A DNA stretch of 62,715 nucleotides, counting the filler, from Syncephalis fuscata S228 (lineage: Eukaryota > Fungi > Zoopagomycota), in NCBI GenBank assembly GCA_025786725.1. It is 3 parts of 3 records of this genome, joined end to end, with 100 filler letters (N's around TTAATTAATTAA, not from the genome) between each part and the next. Parts side by side here need not be neighbours in the genome. Positions count along the whole stretch, not along the records: positions 50,435 to 62,715 come from JAHLTZ010000270.1; 2 more parts are not named here. One strand, given 5' to 3'. The number at the start of each line of letters is the position of its first letter. Within the stretch, counting starts at the first letter, position 1. The translations under genes were made by a program, and so were the position numbers. Of the stretch, positions 53,597 to 62,715 are shown one piece after another. The notes beneath the pieces are model-generated. The model made no database searches. It had not been told where the DNA came from and saw only the letters and a list, made by a program, of their open reading frames with translations.

Positions 53597-54774
53597 GTAT
53601 TCAAAGGACAAAAACGCATGATGTGGCCATATTGGCGACAGCGGAAACAGCCGCCGTTTTGTCGTAACGTTTCGCGTTCAGCATCAGTGAGTGGAGGTAA
53701 CCGATTAATGGTGTCTAGTTCCATGGGTATAGGGCCATTTCTTGGTTGTGTGTTAATCGGAGGACGAAACTGTTGTTGTTGCGTTGGACGAGGTGTGTTA
53801 TGGCGAACGTTGTTAGTTGATGATTTGCCAATGTACTTGCGTAACGAATCAAAATGAGTAGCCACTTCTATGGCTGATTGTAATGTAGACGGTGTAGCTT
53901 TTTGTACTTCGTATTTAACTTCGTGATTCAGTCCATTAATAAACATAATACGTAAAGCTAACTGCCACATTTCGGAATCAGGCATAGGAAAAGTGTGTCT
54001 TAAATTGTTAAATTCTAACGTATAATCATTGACACTTTTGTTGGCTTGTCGTAACATGTGAAGACGACTAAAAGCGTCTTCTTCTACCGAAGTACCGGGA
54101 CAGATGTGTTGGCGTAGTGCGTGAGCAAACGCACTCCAAGTGGTATATGGATGACTATAGTCACCGTCAGAGTGAATAGTATTACTCTGCCACCAACTAG
54201 AGGCAGTGCCATCTAAATAAGTGGCGGCTACTTCGATGCGTTCAATTTCATCAGGGATATACCTGACATATTGCCGTGCACGGTACAACCAAGTCTCTAC
54301 TGAAATATCCTTATCATTGCCGTTGTATCGTGGCGGGGCAGATGGACGAGCAGTAGGAGGGGCAGTGACAGAAGTAGATGGAATAGCGGCAATAGCAGCG
54401 GCAGTATTGGCAGCGGCAGTAACAACAGCATCGGCAGTAGCAGCATTATTTTGGGACACAATTTGCGTTACCAAACTTGAAATAAAGTCAGCGTTGGTAA
54501 CGAAACTTGTGTTAGGCAATTCTGGGTTCATAATGGGTGTTATTTCTTCTTGAGTATCAGTAGTGTATTCGTTCGTGTGGCTTGTGATCGGTGGTTCGTA
54601 CTGGGTATCGGTGTATTCGTTCGTGTGGCTTGTGATCGGTGGTTCGTACTGGTTATCTGGGTATCGAAAGGTCACTGGTGGATCTTGGATGAGTTCGTCG
54701 GCGAAAGATTGACGGGCTTGTTCGTGGTCGAAGTATTTCGCACCACGTCGTTGGTTCATATCACTGTAAGTCAA
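53575..54774 (-). CDS. Gag of element 1
   Basis: 399-aa ORF with the capsid motif YLDGTASSWW, GPIPMELD and a zinc knuckle CFRCRQYGHIMRFC. Confidence 0.93.
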   Translation of the reverse strand: MTYSDMNQRRGAKYFDHEQARQSFADELIQDPPVTFRYPDNQYEPPITSHTNEYTDTQYEPPITSHTNEYTTDTQEEITPIMNPELPNTSFVTNADFISSLVTQIVSQNNAATADAVVTAAANTAAAIAAIPSTSVTAPPTARPSAPPRYNGNDKDISVETWLYRARQYVRYIPDEIERIEVAATYLDGTASSWWQSNTIHSDGDYSHPYTTWSAFAHALRQHICPGTSVEEDAFSRLHMLRQANKSVNDYTLEFNNLRHTFPMPDSEMWQLALRIMFINGLNHEVKYEVQKATPSTLQSAIEVATHFDSLRKYIGKSSTNNVRHNTPRPTQQQQFRPPINTQPRNGPIPMELDTINRLPPLTDAERETLRQNGGCFRCRQYGHIMRFCPLNTGKVQHQ

Positions 54775-54796
54775 GGCAACGAGGTGGATAGGTTTA

Positions 54797-54814
54797 AACT
54801 ACCCGTTGCTACCA
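54797..54814 (-). promoter_or_regulatory. Primer-binding site (tRNA-iMet) of element 1
   Basis: TGGTAGCAACGGGTAGTT lies 2 nt after the LTR end. Confidence 0.85.
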
Positions 54815-54816
54815 TA

Positions 54817-55154
54817 TGTAACCGTAGATACAGCGAACTGTTGCGGTTACTACGAGTCACAATACAATAATGTATATAAAATAAAAATGAATATTGAAAG
54901 TGAACTAATGTCTTTATTTGTGGTCATAATCATACGCGTATTTATATTGTTCTATTGGATATATGGAATATCTAAGTAGAACAATAAAAGAAAATAAAAT
55001 AAAAATAAAAGAAAATAAAAGATAAAGATAAAACAATACGCGGTGGCGGAGTGTTAACTTCATCGTGGACCATGTGTGATGATCGGTGTGTTTAAACACC
55101 GATCATAATGTCTAAAAATGGTAATAATAAATGAGAGGGAGAATTTTTGTTACA
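54817..55154 (-). repeat. 5' LTR of element 1 (338 bp)
   Basis: Bounded by TGTAAC...GTTACA, adjacent to the PBS, and interrupts the RNase H of element 2. Confidence 0.85.
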
Positions 55155-56891
55155 GTAGGTACTTCCGCTTGTCTGTAATATACGTGACATAAATGCAACA
55201 GGATGTTCATTATTATCGGTTATTTGTGATAATACTGCACCAATTGCATAATCAGATGCATCTGTAGTAACGATAAATGGTGCATTAACATTTGGTATAA
55301 CCAATACCGGTGCTGTAACTATCGCATTACGTAGTGTGTCAAATGCTGTTATTTTGATTATCTCCCATGTGAATGGCTCATCATTCTTAGTCAATTGACT
55401 TAAATGCCGTGCAGTATCAGCATATCCACGAATAAACCGTCTATAATAGCCAGTTAATCCGAGGAAAGAGCGCAGTTCTTTCAGATTGTTTGGTATAGGC
55501 CAATTTGCAATAGCCATTACTTTATCGTGTAGTGGTCTTATACCCTCGCCACTAACAATATGTCCCAAAAATTCCACCTCATCTTTACCAAATTCACATT
55601 TGCTTAATTTGGCATATAATTTGTTTTCTCTTAGTAATTGTAACACTTGCCGTAAGTGCCACTCATGTTCGGTATGATTTTTACTAAATATTAAAATATC
55701 ATCCAAAAATACCACTACACACTTGTCTAGTAATTTATGAAATACATTATGCATTAATCGCATAAATACTGACGGTGCATTAGTCAATCCAAATCCCATC
55801 ACCGTCCACTCATAATGCCCATAGCGCGTTCTAAACGCTGTTTTGTGAATATCATCCTCATTTACTCTTATTTGATGATATCCACTTCTCAAATCTATTT
55901 TTGAGAATACTTTCGCCCCATGTAACTGATCGAATAATTCATCGATCAGTGGCAACGCATAACGATCACGAATTGTTTGTGCGTTTAACATTCTGTAATC
56001 CACACACATACGTAAATCACCTCCTTTCTTCCGCACAAATAGTACAGGTGCACCAAATGGTGATGTACTAGGCCTAATAAAGCCTTTTTCTAACAAATCA
56101 TCGATCTGTTTCTTCAACTCGTCTAACTCTTTCTTTGCCAGATGGTATGTAGGCCGAAATGGTGGCTGCTGATGTGGCACCAAATTGATACGTATATCAA
56201 TGTCTCTTTTTGGTGGTAAACCAGGTGGTAATTCTTCTGGTCCAACATCGGCAAATTCACCCAACAATCGCGCGTAACGGCCATTTAACGATGTATCATT
56301 TTTTTCTTTGTTTTCTTTTATCATCGCTAATAAAATCATATCATTGGCTTCTGTTTGCTCGACTTCTTCTATTGACATGAATGAAGGCTGAATTTTGTCG
56401 GTAATTTCTAATGTACTTTTGGGTGCTGAATTACAATTAGAATTAATAACACCGGTCTTCCAATCTACTTGCGCTTCATGTTTTCTTAGCCATGGCATAC
56501 CCAGCACTGCATTATAGTTGCCCAATTTCATAATAGTAAAATCAATTTGTTCTTTCAGATAATTGAAAATAATAGGCACTTTATTAGCAGTACCAGATAC
56601 ACCGCACTCCATACCATTTCCCAACTTTACATTGGCTGAATTTGCTTGTTTCGTAACATGTACTTGAGCCCTCTTGGCAAATTCAATATCCATAAAGTTG
56701 GTGGATGCACCAGAATCGATTAATACATGGGCTGGAACACCATTGATTTTGAGTGCTACTGTAATTAAACCGGAGCTAGCGCGACCTTGAATGAGTGTAG
56801 ACTGCTCAAATCCGGGTGGTATCGGAGTATTAGCGGCAACCTGGCCGTCAGTAAGTGTGCCGCACTTAATTACTGACGGTTGTCGTTTCCC
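55155..56891 (-). CDS. Pol of element 2 (PR, RT, N-terminal RNase H)
   Basis: The -1 frame from GGGAAAC is open through [41 protein letters not shown] and HPVAFMSR. Confidence 0.93.
56833..56891 (-). promoter_or_regulatory. -1 ribosomal frameshift signal (GGGAAAC + H-type pseudoknot)
   Basis: Slippery G GGA AAC, 5-nt spacer, stem 1 CCGTCAGTAA/TTACTGACGG, stem 2 GCGGCA/TGCCGC. Confidence 0.88.
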
Positions 56892-57733
56892 TGAATTACG
56901 TTGTTGTTTGCTTGGACGTCGACATTTGTTGATTGTAAATCTAAGCTGTTAGATTGCTGTTGATTGTTGTTATCGCGGTTATTGTAATTACGGTTGTTAT
57001 TGCGATTACAATTTCTGGCTAGATGGCCACGTTTGTTACATGTGTAACATCTAGGCCCGTTATTGTAATTTTTACGGTTATTGTAATTACTGCTGTTGCT
57101 ATTATTAATAAAACCTAAACTATTTAAAGCTTGGACTATAGTATCTAAATCCATTGGTGTTGGGCCGTTATTAGATTTAGTTGGTGGTGGTATTAAGTGT
57201 TGTAATCCATGTTTCCTTGAGTAATAGAAAGCACGTGTGGAAGCGTAAGCTTCGTTGATATTGGTGGGTTTATTATGTATCGAATCGGTTAAGTATTCCG
57301 GCGGCAATGTAAGTCGAAATGCCGTAACCAATTCCATGTCAGCGGCATCTGGAATTCGACTACGCAGTGCTGTGAAATTTGTAATATGTTCTTCAATGTC
57401 TTTATCTTCTGTCCAGCGCAATCGTGTGAGTTCCAAACGCGCGATGTCCGCTGATCGATTGCCACCAAAACGTTCTAAAATTCCGTCCCTTAGTTGTTCC
57501 CACGTGCTATATGGCGTATTACCGCCGCGTATCGATTGATACCAAACTGCCGCTGGTCCCGATAGTTGTTGGGACGCCATTATACGTTTTTGTTCGTCTG
57601 TAAATGTACCCAATTCCCATGCGTCTTCTACCATGTTACACCAATGTTCCACAGGCAAACTGGAATCACCGGTGAACTTTTCGGTGTGTGTGAGTGGTGA
57701 GCGGGAATTCGGTGAGAATAAAATCGGTCTCAA
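56870..57733 (-). CDS. Gag of element 2 (start codon uncertain)
   Basis: Motifs [17 protein letters not shown] and [14 protein letters not shown]. Confidence 0.9.
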   Translation of the reverse strand: MRPILFSPNSRSPLTHTEKFTGDSSLPVEHWCNMVEDAWELGTFTDEQKRIMASQQLSGPAAVWYQSIRGGNTPYSTWEQLRDGILERFGGNRSADIARLELTRLRWTEDKDIEEHITNFTALRSRIPDAADMELVTAFRLTLPPEYLTDSIHNKPTNINEAYASTRAFYYSRKHGLQHLIPPPTKSNNGPTPMDLDTIVQALNSLGFINNSNSSNYNNRKNYNNGPRCYTCNKRGHLARNCNRNNNRNYNNRDNNNQQQSNSLDLQSTNVDVQANNNVIQGNDNRQ

Positions 57734-57826
57734 CGTGTACTATATACTGAATCGTAATTTTAAAACAGCGGTGCTTATTTTCAAACACTGATAAGCAAAA
57801 ATAAAATAAAATTGAAAAGAGGACAA

Positions 57827-57998
57827 TGCGACAAACGCGATATACGGTGCGACAAACGCAAAATAACGGTGCGACAAACGCAAAATAAACGGTGCGACAA
57901 ACGCAAAAATAAACGGTGCGACAAACGCAAAAATAACGGTGCGACAAACGCAAAATAAACGGTGCGACAAACGCAAAAATAACGGTGCGACAAACGCA
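57827..57998 (-). repeat. Tandem array of 8 x ~22-24 bp units in the element 2 leader
   Basis: (cgg)tgcgacaaacgc(aaaataa) repeated 8 times; only the A-run lengths vary. Confidence 0.95.
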
Positions 57999-58007
57999 AA
58001 TACTAGT

Positions 58008-58025
58008 AACTACCCGTTGCTACCA
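58008..58025 (-). promoter_or_regulatory. Primer-binding site (tRNA-iMet) of element 2
   Basis: Identical 18-mer to 54797-54814, located 1 nt after the LTR end. Confidence 0.85.
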
Positions 58026-58026
58026 A

Positions 58027-58197
58027 TGTAACAACCGTAAAATAGGATATAATGGAATAAAGATTATCTTTTATTAAACAGAAATTGTGTGTTATTTATA
58101 AGCTTTGCGGAGCTTTAATTTAAGGTGTTGTGGGAAAATAATTGCATAATATTTAAATTATACAATTATTTCCCGTAACGAATATAATATCGTTACA
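58027..58197 (-). repeat. 5' LTR of element 2 (171 bp)
   Basis: TGTAAC...GTTACA boundaries; the flanking DNA switches to another element's gag. Confidence 0.75.
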
Positions 58198-58380
58198 GGA
58201 TGTTATTTCTTTTTGTGACAGTAGTATTCGTTGGTGAAACTTGTGATCGGTTGTTCGTAATGGGTATTGGTGTGTTGAGAAATCACTGGTAGATCTTGGA
58301 TGAGTTTGTCAGCAAAAGCGGGGCTTGTTCGTGGTTAAAGTATTTAGCACCACGACGTTGATTCATATCTGTTGTAGTAA
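58198..58380 (-). mobile_element. Degenerate 5' gag fragment of an older element-1-family copy
   Basis: Matches 54535-54770 (cttgtgatcgg, gatcttggatgagtt, gggcttgttcgtggt, gcaccacg). Confidence 0.85.
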
Positions 58381-59019
58381 ACAGTTGGTTCAATAGGAAA
58401 CAATTGGATATGAGATAAATGGATAATGATTTTGTTTATGTAGTAAATTGTTGCTGTATTTATAGCAATGTAAGTGTATGTAGAAAATACTCGTTTCATT
58501 GTAATGGAATGTTGTCGAATGTTTATTGATGTCATAGGACATCAAAAACATTGGGAAATCTAGATTTCATATTTTGCTTACTATATTTAGTAATTATGAT
58601 CGGGAAGATCAGGGTGACGTAATAATCCCAAATGTCATAAATGCTGAGTTGTGAATCTAAAAATAGAATTTTAACAAAAATAAAGTAGCTGATAATGCCT
58701 ATTAAAAATACTAAATTATGTGCTCTTTTATAGTAAAATGAGCTAAGATTAAGAGGTATTTGTAAAGAAAGAACTTGTTTGTTCCTTCCTTTTAATATTG
58801 TATATGGGTATTAAGTTACTTAAAGTAAATTAGTACCCATGTTCTGTACTTAATATGTTAGTTGGGGGTACTAGCCGCGTGTTAAGTAAAAGCTACACAA
58901 ATGTTGTACCTGACTAGATCACGTGACTAGATGCCAAATTAATTATAATTACCATATTTGGTAATAGATAAATAATTCAATCATGTGATCAAATTATTAT
59001 TATTAGTGCCTTCGTAACA

Positions 59020-60900
59020 ATGTGATGGTGGCGTCCACGTCATTTTGAACCACAGCGATAGCATATGTGGGGTATAGATTTTTTGCCGTTGTTTTTGGTG
59101 CTATACCAAAGACCAATTCGAATGGCGAATAACCAATAGTGTCTTGTCTTCGACTGTTATATTGGTGGGTGATTTGCGGTAGTAATCGATACCAATGTGT
59201 CGTGGATGGTCGATCGGTGGCATATTTAGCTAATAGTTCTTTGAGTTTACGATTTGTGCGTTCAACTAGTCCATTAGTTTGAGGGTGATATGGGCTAGAT
59301 TATGCGTGTGTAATGTCGTGTTTTTCTAGCAATTTTTTTACTGATCCAGTAAATTCTTTACCATGATCTGTAAGTATTTCAGACGGAATACTGTGACGAT
59401 TCAAAATTTCTCTTCAATAAACTGAGCAACTCTAGCAGCTGTATTGGCTCCGATAGCTCTAGTTTTAATCCATTTGGTCAGATAATCGATAGCAACAACA
59501 ATGTATCGTTTGTTGGTTGAACTACGAGGTAGTGTAATTAAATCAATACCGAACCGGTGAAATGGTGCAATAATGGGTATTGGTTTTAATGATTGTACGT
59601 GTCGTATTTGCGTCCTTAATTGGCAGTTACAACAGCCTCGAATATATGCTTGTATATCGCTGTCCATTTATGTCCAAAAATAACGGCGTTTAATTAATTC
59701 ACACGTACTATGATTGGCAAAGTGTCCTGCTTCATCATGGTGTAGTTGTAATAGTGTAACTAATATTGTCGCACTTTTAACACTTGGTTTATCGTAACAA
59801 GAAAGTTGTTATCATTTTACTTGTTACGCAAACGCTACATGTTACAATTATAATCATACATTAATTGTTTTTTGTATGGTTATAATTCTATTATTTCGTA
59901 CTAATTATTAAATGTAAGCTTAGTCTAACAATCACTGCTAGACTGAGATAATCAGAAAAGACTCTAAATTCAGTAATAAAGAGAATAAATTTAAAGTAAA
60001 AAATACTTGTACCATTTTGTCGCGATCTGTCCATTCATGTCTTCTAGCATCTCGTTCAAATTGTATTAGCCATAAAATTGGATATTCGTTCTGTACTGTT
60101 CCTTCAAATGGCAAAATGTTACTGCCTACTTTTAGCGTAATTTGATAATTTGATATTAGCGCGTGATAATCGTATTCTTAATTATTAAATATTGCTGGTA
60201 CTTATTGGCAAGTATATTCCTTTTTTTTACTGAAATGATGGCAAATTAATATGTTGATTTAGTGGTGGTTGACTATTGGCGTTTAATACACTTCTTGGGT
60301 CGGGAAGTATAAGCTGTGTGTTAGCGGTTGGTCTTAAACCGTAATCTCTATTAAAACTAGTAGTCGACTGTTTCTCTTTCCTACTTTTAATAATAAAATA
60401 CAGTTGTTTATCTACTTTAATAAATAGTGATTCTTTTATCTTTTGTTCCATTCCGTCTGCTACCATGTCCTTAATTCCATCTCTACCTAAGTCTACTGCC
60501 ATTTGACCTAAAAAATGGGCTAGTGATAATACAAATCGTTTCATATCTGTCTGGTCACCTTTTCGCGCATGGATGCGATTATAGAACTCCATGCTAATAT
60601 TGATTTGTCTAGGCTGCCTGTGCAGTTCATATTTTGTATGAATAATAGTATTCTGCCGCGTAGTGATTCTAACTCTTTTGGGACGTCTTTTATGAAAGCT
60701 GAATTATATACTTCTTCGGTGTTATCGTCAGTTAGTTGACTAACAATAAGTTAAGTGTATTTTATATTTTTGCATTGTCTCGTGTTTGGATGGTCCAAGC
60801 GGTGGCCTTTTTAACGCGTCTTTAGTTGGACCATCCATTGTACCATATCTTGTTCTTTTAGTACCAAGAGATCTTTCGGGATTGATAGAATTGTTTTACT
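59020..60900 (-). mobile_element. Degenerate LTR-retrotransposon remnant (gag fragment and integrase)
   Basis: Integrase PFHRFGIDLI..YIVVAIDYLTKW, ILTDHG, SPYHPQTNGLVERTN. Gag-like LPFEG..PILWLIQFERDARRHEWTDRDK at ~60120-60000. Many stop codons. Confidence 0.8.
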
Positions 60901-61983
60901 AGTCTGAGTGGGCTTGCTAAATGTTATTATTCTATCCCTGGTAGAATAGTAACATCATGTAACTATTGGTATCGAAAAGTGTATTTTCAATAATCTAATG
61001 GTATTAATTACGTATTTTATGTTATCATATGTGATCTAATTTTTATCTTTGTTCTTTCCATATCAACCAAACTAGATGTTTATAGAGTACATTAATATAA
61101 TAATAATAATAATAATGCATTTTTCGCCCCTGAATTTCATTTCATGTCAATAGTAATATCAGTCAAAAACAAACATGCAAAATTTAAATAACAATGATAT
61201 AATAGAGCGACGGATAATAGTTTATTGCAATATAGGCAATGTATATATTTATATTAAGCATGAGCTACACAAATATTATATATATATTATGCCAAGCAAT
61301 CTCTAAAAGCTTCATATCTTTGGCTCTATATTTAGATTGCAACTACATTACCTGTTATTGCGTAATCTCACGTGCTTTAATTATTTACATTATTAGTACC
61401 CTGTTAGCTATTTATTACTTAAATAGTCAGCTATGTATGATACTCGTATAGTTTTTATATTGTTCTAAACAAGGCAACTAATTAATAATAAACATTAATA
61501 TAGTAGAATTCAATAATTTATTAAAAATAACAAACTATGCGTGTATCTATATATAGTAAATGATACACAAATGTCTGTTTATGTATATGCTAAGCAATTT
61601 CCAAAGCATAAAACTCTTGATTATAAATGATAACCTATGTGTCTTTAAGGCAAGAACTAACATTATAATTAATTTTTAAACTTCAAATAATAAACAATAG
61701 AATTTTGAAGTATCAAAATAGTAATGGCTTTTTCAAATCAATAAATCGTAAATACACAGAATTGATGTGTAATTTGCATATTAATTTGTTTTTAATACAT
61801 CAGCTTATCATAATGAATTGTGATTTGGCCAAGTAATTTACCGCAATTTATATAAACTCAAATTGTATTTAACACAACAAATATTTAATTGCTGAATATA
61901 TACTAAATATAGCTATTTACGATTACACAATAGTTATGTGTGACTTAGTCATGGTTTACTGCATTTTAAAGATATCAGTAATT

Positions 61984-62715
61984 TTAGATAACTTTTAATT
62001 TATAATTTATTGACATCAAGTAAAATTCATAAAGGCAGTGATGCCATAGCTTTTTTAATTTAGAAATATATATAGTTACTAACAGGTATAAGCCGACTAG
62101 AATAGCTTGTTGAGTTTCATTTATATGGATATCAGCACTGCGGATATTGTTTGGATCATTCATTGCTGAGGTGTCGGAGTCATTATTTATAGGTTTTTTT
62201 GTAACGTAATTCACAGTATCGTTGATGTAATATACCTAGAAAATGTTAGCTTGTATAAGTCGCATGAATACTTGCCAGTCAACGGTATAAAATATTCTTG
62301 AGAATCTCCTCCAACCTCGAAAACAATAATAAGGCAACAGATTACATTGCAGAGAACTATCAGGCACATTATCTGAATACCATCACGGGCCAGTTTCCTC
62401 CATGCTTCATAGCCATATCTTTGATAGCGTCTATAGGCTACAGTGCTAAAAATGATTGAAAAAAGTATGTTGCTTGGAACCATTGTGCCGATCCAGTAGA
62501 ATGGGATAAAGAGATGATAGTAAGAAAGCATCCGGCAGATTTTCCAATACAATGTGTGAGTAGTTGTATACAATATAAATAAAGAAAAGCTGTGGCAGAA
62601 TGCAAATGGTGCCACAAATGGCTACCCAGCGTTGCGATAACAGCACAAGGTAGGCTTTGTAAAGTACAATATGCTGTTGCAAAAGATTGAAAAGCTTACT
62701 GCCGCTACAATATAC
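61984..62715 (-). CDS. Partial multi-pass membrane protein (GPCR-like/7TM-type), 5' part outside the window
   Basis: Successive hydrophobic helices around IFSTVAYRRYQRYGYEAWRKLARDGIQIMCLIVLCNVIC. Frameshifted; the end is approximate. Confidence 0.55.

Larger units (their letters stand above)
50434..55154 (-). mobile_element. Ty3/Gypsy LTR retrotransposon 1 (3' end lost in the gap)
   Basis: 5' LTR, PBS and gag, followed by PR (LIDSGA), RT (YLDD), RNase H and integrase (HHCC, DDE) in Gypsy order. Confidence 0.95.
55155..58197 (-). mobile_element. Ty3/Gypsy LTR retrotransposon 2 (5' part), interrupted in RNase H by element 1
   Basis: LTR 58027-58197, PBS, gag and PR-RT-RH N-terminus. Pol similarity stops at the element 1 LTR. 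Confidence 0.93.

Noticed and set aside
30083-56700. Numerous antisense and alternate-frame ORFs within OPT, Kelch-BTB, COP1 and retroelement genes
   Set aside because: These are shadow ORFs of well-supported genes and have no motifs of their own.
57827-57998. CRISPR-like appearance of the tandem array and its repetitive ORFs (RLSHR / FAFVAP / CVCRTV)
   Set aside because: There are no unique spacers and no cas genes, and the context is a eukaryotic retrotransposon leader. The ORFs are translations of the repeat.
59755-59846. 92-bp TGTAAC...GTTACA segment as a mini solo LTR
   Set aside because: No target-site duplication is visible and the boundaries could be chance or composite.

Overview
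AT-rich eukaryotic (fungal) genomic DNA with many short spliceosomal introns. The gene content (alpha-aminoadipate LYS1, class III GH18 chitinase, OPT transporters, COP1, a signal-peptide kinase-like protein, divergent F-box proteins) suggests an early-diverging fungus, possibly a Syncephalis-like zoopagomycete (inference). About 1-50 kb is gene-rich: CRIB small effector, an inverted F-box paralog pair, LYS1, 9-1-1 RAD1, ERV41, MDM20/NAA25, chitinase, TXNL1, secreted pseudokinase, ricin-lectin/helical protein, two OPTs, F-box/LRR, Kelch-BTB, COP1 and p24, with short dispersed repeats between them. About 50.4-61 kb is a same-strand nest of Ty3/Gypsy LTR retrotransposons; two of these have clear -1 frameshift pseudoknots and an identical 18-nt tRNA-iMet PBS, and one has an 8x hairpin array in its leader. 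The top hidden candidate is at about 8.55-8.91 kb: a Fanzor/TnpB-like RuvC-III C-terminal remnant, followed by a hairpin-rich segment that ends in a transposon-end motif shared with a local MITE-like family. Two N-gaps with a TTAATTAATTAA spacer are assembly artefacts, and many single-base frameshifts are probably consensus errors. All calls come from manual reading; no database searches were run.
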